In this document: one piece after another, positions 38,178 to 48,196 of the stretch
How the letters are laid out: each line of letters opens with the position of its first letter
Position numbering within the stretch: position 1 is the stretch's first letter
Sequence record: SRR31156797_505
DNA: 64,000 nucleotides
Strand: one strand, 5' to 3'
The notes under the pieces: generated by a model
Seen by the model: the letters and a program-made list of their open reading frames with translations, nothing else
Database searches by the model: none
What the model was told of the DNA's origin: nothing
Position numbers and translations under genes: made by a program

Positions 38178-39023
38178 TTAGTTCCTCGAGTATACGGTGG
38201 GCGCATAGTTTTTTATTGGCAGGGTCATACCGTGGATAGACTCTGAGTGCCCCATGAATAAGAAGCCGCCTGGCTTTATGTATGAGCAGATATTGTTTAG
38301 GATCGACTCCTGTGTCTCAGTGTCAAAATATATTATTACATTCCTGCAAAATGCGATGTCTACCTTTTCAGTGAGGACGTATTGCGCATTCTTCAGGTTA
38401 TTGCGTGCGAATTTAACTTTTTTCCTAAGCTCCGGTCTGAAACGGACTAGCTTCTCTTTTCTGTCTTTAGAGCGAAGCATATATTTGACCTTTAAGTCGT
38501 AAGGGATAGGACCGGCTTTCTCTTCTGTATAGATAGCCTTTTTACCTTGCGCCAGAACATCAGTATTTATATCTGTTGCGTACACGATGAAATTCCCGCC
38601 TAGACCGAAATACTCTGCGAGTATCATGGCTAGTGTATACGGTTCTTCACCAGTAGAGCTTGCGCTGCTCCAAACCTTTAGCTGTTCGGTGGTTCCGAAA
38701 CCTTTAGATGCTAGTGATGGCAGTATCTTGTTCGTCATTAATTCAAAGTGGTTAGGTTCTCTGAAAAAATCAGTCTTATTAGTTGTTATAACGTCAATAA
38801 GGTGGAGCTGTTCTGTATCTGCGCCTTCATTAAAAGCGTAATTCAGATAATCCTTGTAGCTTGCAAAACCGAGAACTTTTACTCTTTTGCGGAGTCTCCC
38901 CTCTACCATGCTTTTCTTTGTTTCAGAAAGCTTGATTCCGCATGTGTCATAAATAAAGCTTCTAAGGTTTGCAAACTGCTTGCTCGTTAATTGTTGAGCG
39001 AATATAGAATCATTTGCAGTCAT
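38178..39023 (-). CDS. cheR: Chemotaxis methyltransferase
   Basis: TTNKTDFFRE, WSSASSTGEEPY, FCRNVIIYFD, GHSES. Confidence 0.95.
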   Translation of the reverse strand: MTANDSIFAQQLTSKQFANLRSFIYDTCGIKLSETKKSMVEGRLRKRVKVLGFASYKDYLNYAFNEGADTEQLHLIDVITTNKTDFFREPNHFELMTNKILPSLASKGFGTTEQLKVWSSASSTGEEPYTLAMILAEYFGLGGNFIVYATDINTDVLAQGKKAIYTEEKAGPIPYDLKVKYMLRSKDRKEKLVRFRPELRKKVKFARNNLKNAQYVLTEKVDIAFCRNVIIYFDTETQESILNNICSYIKPGGFLFMGHSESIHGMTLPIKNYAPTVYSRN

Positions 39024-39034
39024 TTGTTCCTCGA

Positions 39035-39064
39035 GAAGAAAATGCCCCGCACAGGGTACGGGGC
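39035..39064 (-). terminator. Intra-operon hairpin/weak intrinsic terminator between cheW and cheR
   Basis: Minus strand GCCCCGTAC-CCT-GTGCGGGGC followed by ATTTTCTTC. Confidence 0.6.
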
Positions 39065-39088
39065 CAAGTCATGTTGGGTTTCCTGTTT

Positions 39089-39631
39089 TTATGTCGGGGT
39101 TCCTGCTGCTACAGGAGGTTCAGCAGGGATATTATTAGTTATTTCAGTTCCAGCGATTATATTGTTCAGCTCTACGTTAGAGAAAACTGAATCAACACAG
39201 AGGATTATAACAAAACCATCCTCACGCTTAGCCATTCCGTTTATGAAAGCAGTGTTGAGCTGTGTTCCTATCTTCGGAGCATCCTCAATGGCACTACCTT
39301 CGAAATCCACAACCTCTTGTACTGAGTCTGCAAGTGCGCCCAGTACAGTAGATTCGTCGTCTATTTCTACTTCAACTATTATCACGCATGTGTTTACGCT
39401 TTTTTCTGTTTTGCCCAGCCCGAACTTAAGCTTAAGGTCTATAACCGGGACAACATTACCTCTAAGGTTTATGACACCGACCATGAAATCCGGCGTCTGA
39501 GGAACTTTGGTTACGCTTGTGTAGTCGAGAACTTCCCGCACTGACATAATGTCAACACCGTAAACCTCTTCCTCAAGCTTAAAGGTCAGTACCTGACAGC
39601 TTGCGTGAGTGTTTTTATCATTTTCAGACAT
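39089..39631 (-). CDS. cheW: Chemotaxis coupling protein
   Basis: GVINLRGNVVPVIDL, LADSVQEV; ATG 39631 after AGGAGG. Confidence 0.95.
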   Translation of the reverse strand: MSENDKNTHASCQVLTFKLEEEVYGVDIMSVREVLDYTSVTKVPQTPDFMVGVINLRGNVVPVIDLKLKFGLGKTEKSVNTCVIIVEVEIDDESTVLGALADSVQEVVDFEGSAIEDAPKIGTQLNTAFINGMAKREDGFVIILCVDSVFSNVELNNIIAGTEITNNIPAEPPVAAGTPT

Positions 39632-39644
39632 TTTTACACCCTCC

Positions 39645-41693
39645 TTAGAAGCTTTCAAAGTCTGCGTCGAGTCTATCTTTAGAAGAACCTTCAGGGGACA
39701 TATCGAGATTCAGCCCTTCCGATTTTCCGTTACCATTTCCGTTACCGTTGCCTCTTTTCGGTTCAGCTCTCTCTGTTGTTTGCTCCTGTCTCAAAGCAGG
39801 TTTATCTGTTGACGCTTTGGCGACTGGCATTGAGAGGCTTGCCCTATGACCATTTGATTCTTCCATTTTAAAGAATGCAACTGCGTGCTGGAGTGCGCCT
39901 GCCTGACCTGAGAGTTCCTCAGATGTGGCTGCCATCTCTTCGGATACGCCCGCATTTCTCTGGATAACTTTATCAAGCTGCTGAATTGCAGTGTTGATCT
40001 GGTCGGAGCCAGTTCTCATCTCATTACTTGCCGCTGTGATCTCCTGAACTAGTTCAGCAGTTTTCTGTATGTCTGGGAGTATCTGGTCGAGGAGTCCGCC
40101 AGCTTTCACAGCGATATCTACGCTGGATGATGATAGCTCACTGATCTCTCCCGCTGCTTCCTGACTGCGTTCTGCAAGCTTGCGAACTTCAGAGGCAACC
40201 ACAGCGAAACCTTTACCATGCTCACCAGCTCTCGCAGCCTCGATAGCTGCGTTAAGTGCGAGAAGGTTAGTCTGTCTTGCGATCTCTTCGATGATGGATA
40301 TCTTATCAGCGATATCTTTCATAGCTTTTACAGTCTGGTCTACAGCCTCTCCGCCCTCTTTAGCATCTGATGCCGCTTTAAGAGCGATTTTTTCGGTCTG
40401 GAGTGCGTTGTCAGCATTCTGATTGATGTTAGATGCCATCTCTTCCATTGAAGATGAAGCTTCCTCAGCAGATGCCGCCTGCTCTGTGGCGCCCTGAGAC
40501 ATATCCTGTGCGGCTGAGCTGAGCTCTGTACTTCCCGAGCCAACATTATCTGATGCATTTTTAACATCGGTAACTATAGAGCGAAGGTTATCGACCATAT
40601 TTTTAAGGTCTCCGTAAAGTCCTGTTGGTGCTCTGCCTTTGGTTGTTGTGAATTCTATGTTGAGGTCACCATCAGATATGCGTTTAGTGATTTCTGCCAT
40701 ATCTTTCGGTTCTCCTCCGAGTGGAGCTTTAACAACTTTTGTAATGAACCATGCGAAGAATATACCAACAAAAAAACCGATTCCTGAGATAATGCTTACC
40801 ATGCGGACTGTCATGTCGTTACTCGCCTGAACTTTAGGTCCGAGAGCATCCTGATCGTTCTTTACAGAGAGTTTAACATCCTCAACTGCCTTCGCAATTT
40901 GTGGTCCTACCACGTCGAGAGTGTTAAGTACGAGGTCGTTTCTTCTATTAACCCTCTGCTCCATCTCATTGAAAGATTCTACATATTGCTTACGTCTCTC
41001 AAGAAACTCATTAAATAGTTTTCTTCTGTTAGGATTTTGAAGACCTTTATCCAGAGGCTTAATAAGTATGTCCATCTCAGGTCCGAACTCTTGTCTGACT
41101 CTATCTGCGGTCTCTTTCTTCCCATCACTCTTGAATGCAAGAGCGTAGTATCTGCCGAGCATTAGGTGCTCTTGAAGTCTGCCGGAGTAATATGAAGCAT
41201 CAGGGTCACCATCTCTATATGCTGTTTTCATAATGTCTGTGAGATGTTTGCGCATGTCAAGACCGATAAATTTCAGCTCTTCCAGATGCTCATTTCTATC
41301 AATTATTACTTCTTCAACTTCTTTGAAAGCAGTTTCATATTTTACAACAGACTCATCAATGAATTCCACGAGTCTTACCCTTTCTGGCTTTTTAATTTCT
41401 ACTTTTGCAGCAGTGAGGAAGTTATGCATTTTTTGAAGGTAATCACTGTATTGCTGCATATCTTTTTCGCTGTTGGTGATAAGGAAATCCTTAACATTCA
41501 TGCGAACCATGAGCATGTTAGCCTGAAGACGTCCCGCAAGGTTAGTGTCTCTTGCGAGGCCCCTGTATTCACTAAAGCCTTCTGCTGCTTTTCCGATTCC
41601 GATAAATGAAGACGCACCGACGACAATAAGTATCGCGAGTACTGCTATAAAACCCACAGCTATCTGTGTCCCGAGTTTCATGTTTTTAAACAT
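39645..41693 (-). CDS. Methyl-accepting chemotaxis protein with large helical periplasmic domain
   Basis: 2 [41 protein letters not shown]-terminal pentapeptide DFESF. Confidence 0.95.
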   Translation of the reverse strand: MFKNMKLGTQIAVGFIAVLAILIVVGASSFIGIGKAAEGFSEYRGLARDTNLAGRLQANMLMVRMNVKDFLITNSEKDMQQYSDYLQKMHNFLTAAKVEIKKPERVRLVEFIDESVVKYETAFKEVEEVIIDRNEHLEELKFIGLDMRKHLTDIMKTAYRDGDPDASYYSGRLQEHLMLGRYYALAFKSDGKKETADRVRQEFGPEMDILIKPLDKGLQNPNRRKLFNEFLERRKQYVESFNEMEQRVNRRNDLVLNTLDVVGPQIAKAVEDVKLSVKNDQDALGPKVQASNDMTVRMVSIISGIGFFVGIFFAWFITKVVKAPLGGEPKDMAEITKRISDGDLNIEFTTTKGRAPTGLYGDLKNMVDNLRSIVTDVKNASDNVGSGSTELSSAAQDMSQGATEQAASAEEASSSMEEMASNINQNADNALQTEKIALKAASDAKEGGEAVDQTVKAMKDIADKISIIEEIARQTNLLALNAAIEAARAGEHGKGFAVVASEVRKLAERSQEAAGEISELSSSSVDIAVKAGGLLDQILPDIQKTAELVQEITAASNEMRTGSDQINTAIQQLDKVIQRNAGVSEEMAATSEELSGQAGALQHAVAFFKMEESNGHRASLSMPVAKASTDKPALRQEQTTERAEPKRGNGNGNGNGKSEGLNLDMSPEGSSKDRLDADFESF

Positions 41694-41705
41694 TTTAATC
41701 CTCCG

Positions 41706-43787
41706 TTATTCTATACTTGTGTATATCTTGTTTATATCTACTATCAGGGCTACTGAGCCGTCGCCGAGAACGGAAGCACCTGATATACATTCAACTTCTT
41801 TAAATGATTTGCCGAGAGATTTGATTACTGTCTGGTGGTCGCCGATTACATTGTCTACAAGGAAGCCTACTTTGCGACCCTCGAGTTCAACGATCACTAT
41901 CTGCTGTATCTCCGGTTGGTCATGTTTTATGCCGAAAATGTCTCTCAGTTTCACATAAGGTATGAGGTCATCACGAACTTTGATAATCTTCCTGCCGGAC
42001 TTCTTTGCAGTAGTATCTTCTGCATGTTCTATACACTCGTTAACCATGGCAAGCGGGATAATGAAAAACTGGTCACCTATCTGAACAAGCAGCCCGTCGA
42101 TAATGGCTAGTGTCAGTGGGAGTTTCAGAGTGATTGTTGTGCCGACTCCGAGTGTGCTGTCGATGTCGATAGTTCCTCTGAGCGCCTCAATATTCCTTTT
42201 TACAACGTCCATGCCCACGCCTCGGCCTGATACGGATGAAACCTCTTTCGCTGTGGAGAAGCCGGCTGCGAATATAAGCTCAAAAACTTCTTTGTCTGTG
42301 AGCTCAGCGGTTTCAGAGATGAGCCCTTTCTCTACTGCTTTGTTAAAAAGTATGTCTCTAGGGAGCCCTTTACCGTCATCTTTTATCTGGATAAGAACTG
42401 AATCCCCTGAGTGAACAGCGGAGAGGAGGATAGTCCCTTTAGGGTCTTTGCCAGCTTTGATCCTATCTTCCGGTGATTCGATACCGTGATCAAGGCTGTT
42501 CCTTATGAGGTGAACAAGGGGGTCGCCGAGCTTTTCGATGACCGTTTTGTCAAGTTCTGTATCTTCACCTTTTGTCTGTAGCTCTATGTTTTTGCCGAGG
42601 TCTTTTGATAGGTCTCTGACGAGTCTTTTATATTTGCTGAAAGTTGAGCCTATCTGAAGCATTCTGATGCTCATTGTGTTATCACGGAGATCCCACACAA
42701 GCCTCTCAAGCTCTTCTGATATCTTAATAAGCTCAGGGTTCATGTTCTGAACTGCTGTCTGGTTAAGCCCTGCCTGAACAGTTACGAGCTCGCCAACTAG
42801 GTCTACAAGTACATCCAGTTTTTCAGAAGGGACCCTCAGTGACGATGTTGACTCTACTGTTACTTTCTTCGCTCGGGCTTCTTTTACAAGCTTTTGCTCT
42901 TCGAGAGCTGATGCGATAGCTTCCGGTGCCACAAGCCCTTTTTCAACTAGCTCTTCACCGAGCATCTTGCGCTGATCAAGGAGTCCCTGTAGAGCCTCCG
43001 GTGTGATATCTCCCTTTTCAAGGAGGATTTCACCTAGTCTTTTATACTGCTCTTCATCTTCAAAGTGCTCTATCACGCTAATGGTGATGTCGCTGTCGTC
43101 TTCAACGAAGATGAAAACATCTTTAATATCATTTTCTGTTTTAGTTGTAGTTAAGATGATATCCCAGAATGCGTAGCACTTTTCCGGATCCATCTCGCTT
43201 AGTGGAGGGGTGTCTGCTGTGTGGGCGATAATTTGAGAATCTCCCATCTCTTGGAGTTCCATTAAAAGGAATTCCGGATTAGTCCCCTGCATAAGAATAT
43301 TAGAGTCAGGGCGGAATCTGATGCGGAAAGTTTTCTCTTCCTTGTTCTGGTCATCGCTTTCAGCGACAGCCTGAGTGTCTTCTTCTTTTGTCTCATTCGG
43401 GGTAGCTGAAGCAGCACTGTGCATTCCTCGGAAGAACTTAAGAATCTCTATCGCTTCTGGGCTGTTAGCTTCTGCTGTTGGGTCCTCCAGCATATCCTTG
43501 ATTATGTCGCATGATCTGAGTGAGTAGTCGACCATCTCCTTATTTACGCTTAGTTCATTGTTTCTTACTTTGTCGTAAACAGTCTCAATATCGTGAACAA
43601 GATGTGCTATATTTTCGAAGCCAAACATAGCTCCGGAACCTTTGATAGTATGCATCGCACGAAAGATGCGTGCCACAAGGTCAAGGTCAGAGGTGTTGCT
43701 CTCCAGTTCCAAAAGAGACGACTCGAGCTCTTCTAAAAGCTCCTGCGCTTCTTGTATAAAGACTTCCTGATGCACATCTACTGCCAT
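41706..43787 (-). CDS. cheA: Chemotaxis histidine kinase
   Basis: HPt FRAMHTIKG, HLIRNSLDHGIE, SGRGVGMDVV, C-terminal CheW domain. Confidence 0.96.
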   Translation of the reverse strand: MAVDVHQEVFIQEAQELLEELESSLLELESNTSDLDLVARIFRAMHTIKGSGAMFGFENIAHLVHDIETVYDKVRNNELSVNKEMVDYSLRSCDIIKDMLEDPTAEANSPEAIEILKFFRGMHSAASATPNETKEEDTQAVAESDDQNKEEKTFRIRFRPDSNILMQGTNPEFLLMELQEMGDSQIIAHTADTPPLSEMDPEKCYAFWDIILTTTKTENDIKDVFIFVEDDSDITISVIEHFEDEEQYKRLGEILLEKGDITPEALQGLLDQRKMLGEELVEKGLVAPEAIASALEEQKLVKEARAKKVTVESTSSLRVPSEKLDVLVDLVGELVTVQAGLNQTAVQNMNPELIKISEELERLVWDLRDNTMSIRMLQIGSTFSKYKRLVRDLSKDLGKNIELQTKGEDTELDKTVIEKLGDPLVHLIRNSLDHGIESPEDRIKAGKDPKGTILLSAVHSGDSVLIQIKDDGKGLPRDILFNKAVEKGLISETAELTDKEVFELIFAAGFSTAKEVSSVSGRGVGMDVVKRNIEALRGTIDIDSTLGVGTTITLKLPLTLAIIDGLLVQIGDQFFIIPLAMVNECIEHAEDTTAKKSGRKIIKVRDDLIPYVKLRDIFGIKHDQPEIQQIVIVELEGRKVGFLVDNVIGDHQTVIKSLGKSFKEVECISGASVLGDGSVALIVDINKIYTSIE

Positions 43788-43791
43788 GATA

Positions 43792-44157
43792 TTACCTCAG
43801 TACTTTTTTAGCTATTGATACGAGTTGTTCCGGTTTAAAAGGTTTTACTATCCAGCCGGTTGCGCCTGCTGATTTCCCTTCTGATTTTTTCGAATCCTGA
43901 GATTCGGTAGTGAGCATGATGATAGGGATAAATTTAAACTTAGCCAGTGCCCTGAGCTCTTTGATGAGAGTTATCCCGTCCATATTAGGCATATTTAGGT
44001 CAGTTACGACCATATCAATCTGGGCGCCTCCAACTTTTGAAAGAGCATCTTTACCGTCACTCGCCTCAATTACGCTATAACCCTCTTTGGTGAGAGTGAA
44101 TTTAACCATCTGTCTGATGCTTGCCGAATCATCTACTGTAAGTATTGTTTTGCTCAT
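43792..44157 (-). CDS. cheY: Chemotaxis response regulator
   Basis: VDDS, TDLNMPNMDG, MLTTES, GWIVKPF. Confidence 0.93.
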   Translation of the reverse strand: MSKTILTVDDSASIRQMVKFTLTKEGYSVIEASDGKDALSKVGGAQIDMVVTDLNMPNMDGITLIKELRALAKFKFIPIIMLTTESQDSKKSEGKSAGATGWIVKPFKPEQLVSIAKKVLR

Positions 44158-44158
44158 A

Positions 44159-44509
44159 TTAATTCTCCTTTTTTACGAGGACGCAGTTATTATTTTTATC
44201 AAGATTACAGCCTTTGTGCCTTGTAAATCCCATGGCGTCAGTCCTCTTGAATAGTTCATTGTTTACTCCGCAGAGGCAGAAGTTTTTGCCTGCTAAGTTA
44301 TATGCCCTGTGGGCTGTACAGATCAGCTGAACAAATGTCATGTCTATCTCTGTATTGTTTTCCAGCTTAAGAGCCAGATTATTTTCAGTTTCTAAAAGCT
44401 CGCTTATCTTTTTATGAAGCTGTGCTATGTTGTTGACGGTTAGCTCTCCGCTTACTTTGAGAGAGGTTGTTTTGTCGTCAGCCTTTTCGACCTGCATTCC
44501 TAACATCAT
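44159..44509 (-). CDS. STAS-domain protein
   Basis: VSGELTV..EIDMTFVQL; usual position before cheY-cheA. Confidence 0.78.
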   Translation of the reverse strand: MMLGMQVEKADDKTTSLKVSGELTVNNIAQLHKKISELLETENNLALKLENNTEIDMTFVQLICTAHRAYNLAGKNFCLCGVNNELFKRTDAMGFTRHKGCNLDKNNNCVLVKKEN

Positions 44510-44515
44510 TTCCTC

Positions 44516-45715
44516 CTAGAAAAGCTCTACATTATCGTCATCTTCAGCATTAACAGAACCCTCAGAAGGGGACGATGTAAAGATATCCCTCTCTGATTTC
44601 ATTGTGTATATCTCCTGCATGTGCTGTGCGATTTCACTGACATCCAGATCGAGTTCCTTCCCTTTGAAACTAGCGAGAGCCTGACATATTTCCGTAAGGT
44701 CAGTTCTCATTATCCTCAGCGGGTCAATGACATGCTCAATCCTTTGGCGGTTTATATCCTGATACTGCATAGAGACAACGATATTATTGATCTCATATGC
44801 TAGAGAATCTGAGGATGTGAGGATGTTTTGAACTATATTGTTAGATTCTTCGATGGAGGTGTTGAGACTTTCAAGGGTGCTGTTGATTTCTGCTGAGGAC
44901 GTGTTGCGTATTTCGCTAACAGTGTCGACATCCTTGGCGGCCTTATTGTGTATTTCGTTAATTTCTTTTGAAACGCCGTCAACAGTGTTTCTGATATCAA
45001 GAGCGAACTCATTCGATTTTTCAGCGAGTTTGCGAACCTCATCAGCGACCACAGCAAAGCCTCTGCCTGCTTCCCCGGCTCTTGCCGCTTCTATGGCAGC
45101 ATTAAGTGCAAGGAGGTTAGTTTGGTCTGCGATATATTCAACGTTAACAACAGTCTCTTTGATCACTGATATATTTTTGATGACACTTGCAAGCTTCTGG
45201 TTTGTGTCTTCGATATAGGTACTGATATTCCCCATCTCATCAACAACTCTCAAAAGCGTTGATTTAGTTTTATCGATAAAGCTGTTTCCGTCACTATCTG
45301 AGTGAGTGAAGGAAGTTACAGCCATTGATGCATTTGCAGATTGTTCTTCAGCTTTTGAAACTATGTCGCTGAATTTCAGAGAGATATTATCGTGGGCAGA
45401 AGAGCTGTCCAGGTTAGCCTTAACGAGCTGATCTTCTAAGGTCTGCATGATTTCGCCACGCTCAGTAAGTATGGCCACCACAGGTGCAATGCCTTTTTCT
45501 ATGCGTGTGACACACTGCTCTTCCAAATCGTCATGTTCGCTTATCAGCTGATTTGTTGTATTGCTGACAGCCTTAATAGTAGCGAGGATTGCCAATGAAC
45601 CTGCTGTAGCGCAGACTATAATACGAATCATGGCGGACGGTATAAGAGCTGCAACAATAGCTAAGACAATAAGTATGATAGGTATAAATGCTTTAGAAGT
45701 AGTGTTAGAGTTCAT
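44516..45715 (-). CDS. Atypical short MCP-domain protein with CheZ-like C-terminal motif
   Basis: Two adjacent TM helices, [35 protein letters not shown]-terminus DDDNVELF. Confidence 0.85.
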   Translation of the reverse strand: MNSNTTSKAFIPIILIVLAIVAALIPSAMIRIIVCATAGSLAILATIKAVSNTTNQLISEHDDLEEQCVTRIEKGIAPVVAILTERGEIMQTLEDQLVKANLDSSSAHDNISLKFSDIVSKAEEQSANASMAVTSFTHSDSDGNSFIDKTKSTLLRVVDEMGNISTYIEDTNQKLASVIKNISVIKETVVNVEYIADQTNLLALNAAIEAARAGEAGRGFAVVADEVRKLAEKSNEFALDIRNTVDGVSKEINEIHNKAAKDVDTVSEIRNTSSAEINSTLESLNTSIEESNNIVQNILTSSDSLAYEINNIVVSMQYQDINRQRIEHVIDPLRIMRTDLTEICQALASFKGKELDLDVSEIAQHMQEIYTMKSERDIFTSSPSEGSVNAEDDDNVELF

Positions 45716-46109
45716 TTGTCGCTCCGTATGATTCGTTGATCATCTCTGTGATCTTCTCCATAAATACTGAAGACATGAATGGTTTCTGTAGAATTTCGAC
45801 CTTCTTAAGTCTGGAACAGAAACATTTTATGTCGTAATTTATAAACCCTGTGATAACAAGGACAGGTGTCTGGAGCCTTTTGTGAACCATATACTCAAGG
45901 ATGTCAGCTCCGGAGACTTTCGGCATCATTATATCGAGGACAATAAGATCGTATGATACACCGCTGGTCATGCTTCTTATGATTTGCTGCATCCCTTCAT
46001 AGCCGTCTGCAACATCTGTTACTTCAAACCCTTGTTTCTTAAGGGCAATCTTGACTCCGCGCCTAAATTGATCTTCGTCATCTATTAGAAGTATTTTTAT
46101 ATTTTCCAT
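45705..46109 (-). CDS. Single-domain response regulator, first gene of the che operon
   Basis: IDDE, LDIMMP, ITG, QKPF. Confidence 0.88.
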   Translation of the reverse strand: MENIKILLIDDEDQFRRGVKIALKKQGFEVTDVADGYEGMQQIIRSMTSGVSYDLIVLDIMMPKVSGADILEYMVHKRLQTPVLVITGFINYDIKCFCSRLKKVEILQKPFMSSVFMEKITEMINESYGATNEL

Positions 46110-46120
46110 GCATTTGTTAA

Positions 46121-46136
46121 AGCAATGGCTATGCCA
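46121..46136 (-). promoter_or_regulatory. Sigma54 -24/-12 promoter of the che operon
   Basis: Minus strand TGGCAT-AGCCA-TTGCT matches TGGCAC-N5-TTGCW with correct spacing. Confidence 0.85.
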
Positions 46137-46153
46137 AAGGTGAATTTATTGTT

Positions 46154-46166
46154 TATTAGTGACTTA
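46154..46166 (+). promoter_or_regulatory. Candidate IHF site
   Basis: TATTAGTGACTTA versus WATCARNNNNTTR (1 mismatch), between the sigma54 site and the palindromes. Confidence 0.5.
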
Positions 46167-46190
46167 TAGGATTTCATTTTAGAGAGGCGT

Positions 46191-46206
46191 GTCAATTAAT
46201 ATTGAC
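46191..46206. promoter_or_regulatory. Candidate enhancer (UAS) for a sigma54 activator
   Basis: Perfect palindrome GTCAAT-TAAT-ATTGAC; degenerate copy GTAAAT-AAAA-GTTGAC at 46261-46276. Confidence 0.6.
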
Positions 46207-46327
46207 GGTGTATTGTTTAGTATCTATAAATGACTTTAGTTAATGGTTAAAATAAGAAAAGTAAATAAAAGTTGACACTGAGGATAATTGACATAGAATT
46301 AATGTATACAGAAACATAGGGAATAAT

Positions 46328-48196
46328 ATGAAAAATATCCTCATCGTCGAAGACGAAATTATTATTGGTCTTGATATAGCGAGCAAACTGAAAAAACTTG
46401 GCTATGCTGTAGTAGAGACTACGACCAGCCCTGAAGAGGCTTTGAGCGTGCTGTCACAAAATGAACCCGATCTTATCCTGATGGATATCAATCTTAATGC
46501 TGATATGGATGGTGTTGAGCTTGGTGATATTATTAAAGAGAAGTACGGTATACCTGTTGTGTTTATGACGAGCTATTCTGATGGAGTGATGATAGACAGG
46601 GCAATGAATGCTGAGCCGTACGGCTATCTTATAAAGCCATATACCGAGAGTGCTCTTGTCGCTACTCTTAAAACTTCTTTTACACGTCTTGAGCTTGAGA
46701 AGAGGAATTCCCTCCAGAGTGAAATGCTTAATAATATTATGGATAGTATTACAGATGCTGTTGCAGTGGTAGATAGTGAGCAAAATTTTGAAAAGACTAA
46801 TAAGAAATTTAGTGAGATATTTAATATAGAAGACCCTGTAGGTAAAAGTCTGGAGAGTGTTTTTGGCGGTGCTTTACCTTATAGCACTGTTACAAAACTT
46901 TACGACGAGAAGGCACAGGATATTATAAATATTCGTGTTGGCGACGATGATAAACATATCCTTATCTCAGTTAGCGACTTTTTCTGGAGCAAAGGTTCTA
47001 AGCTCCTTCTTACTATAACTGACCTGACAGAGATGTATTCTATGAAGTCCGCTCTTTCGGAAGCGGAGCAGAGATTCACAAAGATATTCAGAAAGAAAAT
47101 GGTTCCCGCTGTTTTAGTGACTTGTCCTGAAATGGAAATATTTGAAATGAACGATGCGTTCCTCGATCTTTATAATACTAAGTCTGGTGTTTATGTGGAT
47201 AGGGGGATTTCGTGCCTTATCGGTGATGAGGCTGTTCAGGTTATAAAAGATTCTATGGATAAGGAACAGTCAGTCAGAGCTGATATGATTATACAGAAAG
47301 ACCTGACAGGCAAAGACTTTTACGCAAATATCAGAGGGAAGAAAGTTGAATTTGACGGTCAGGGGTATCTGCTTATGGATTTTACAGATATGACTGAGCA
47401 GGTTCGTATATCAGAGATGGAGAAGGATCTTCAGCAGAAGCTTATCCATGCAAATAAGATGACTTCGCTAGGTACACTCGTCTCGGGTGTTGCCCACGAG
47501 ATAAACAACCCTAACAACTTTATAATGTTTAACAGCTCCCTTCTGGTAGATTTCTGGAAGGATGTTTTCAACAGTCTCAGCGGCTACGGATGTAAGAATA
47601 TAGGCGGAATGAGCTTCGAAGAGTTCAGGATAGATATAGAAAACCTTATGAGCGGGATAAATAACGGATCAGAAAGGATAAAAAATATTGTTCAGGATCT
47701 GAAAGGTTTTGCGAAAACAGAGCGCACAGAGAGCTTTGAGGCTCTCGATGTAGAAGAAGTTCTAAGGACTGCCGTGCGTATCCTTGAGCATCAGATAAGT
47801 AAATCCACTGACAATTTTGTGCTCGACATCGAAGTTGGTCTGCCCCTTATCAAAGGGAATACCCAAAAGCTTGAGCAGGTATTTATAAACATAATTATGA
47901 ACGCTCTCGAAGCTATTCAGACTAAGATGTCGCTGGTTGAGATAAGGTGTTTCAAATCAGACGGAAAAGTTGTCATTGAGGTTAAAGATGAAGGTGTAGG
48001 GGTTCCTCAGGAGAGCCTCAACAGGATAACAGAACCGTTCTTCACCACTAAGCAGAGCATAGGCGGTACAGGGCTCGGTCTTTCTATCGCATATACCATA
48101 ATCAAAGAGCACGCCGGAACAATTGAGATCAGCTCAATCGTTGGCACTGGCTCAGAAGTGCAAATATGTATACCGGAAATTAATGATGGAAAATGA
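46328..48196 (+). CDS. Hybrid histidine kinase REC-PAS-PAS-HK
   Basis: VEDE..MDI..KP receiver, VAHEINNP, NALEA, FFTTK..GTGLGL. Confidence 0.92.
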   Translation: MKNILIVEDEIIIGLDIASKLKKLGYAVVETTTSPEEALSVLSQNEPDLILMDINLNADMDGVELGDIIKEKYGIPVVFMTSYSDGVMIDRAMNAEPYGYLIKPYTESALVATLKTSFTRLELEKRNSLQSEMLNNIMDSITDAVAVVDSEQNFEKTNKKFSEIFNIEDPVGKSLESVFGGALPYSTVTKLYDEKAQDIINIRVGDDDKHILISVSDFFWSKGSKLLLTITDLTEMYSMKSALSEAEQRFTKIFRKKMVPAVLVTCPEMEIFEMNDAFLDLYNTKSGVYVDRGISCLIGDEAVQVIKDSMDKEQSVRADMIIQKDLTGKDFYANIRGKKVEFDGQGYLLMDFTDMTEQVRISEMEKDLQQKLIHANKMTSLGTLVSGVAHEINNPNNFIMFNSSLLVDFWKDVFNSLSGYGCKNIGGMSFEEFRIDIENLMSGINNGSERIKNIVQDLKGFAKTERTESFEALDVEEVLRTAVRILEHQISKSTDNFVLDIEVGLPLIKGNTQKLEQVFINIIMNALEAIQTKMSLVEIRCFKSDGKVVIEVKDEGVGVPQESLNRITEPFFTTKQSIGGTGLGLSIAYTIIKEHAGTIEISSIVGTGSEVQICIPEINDGK

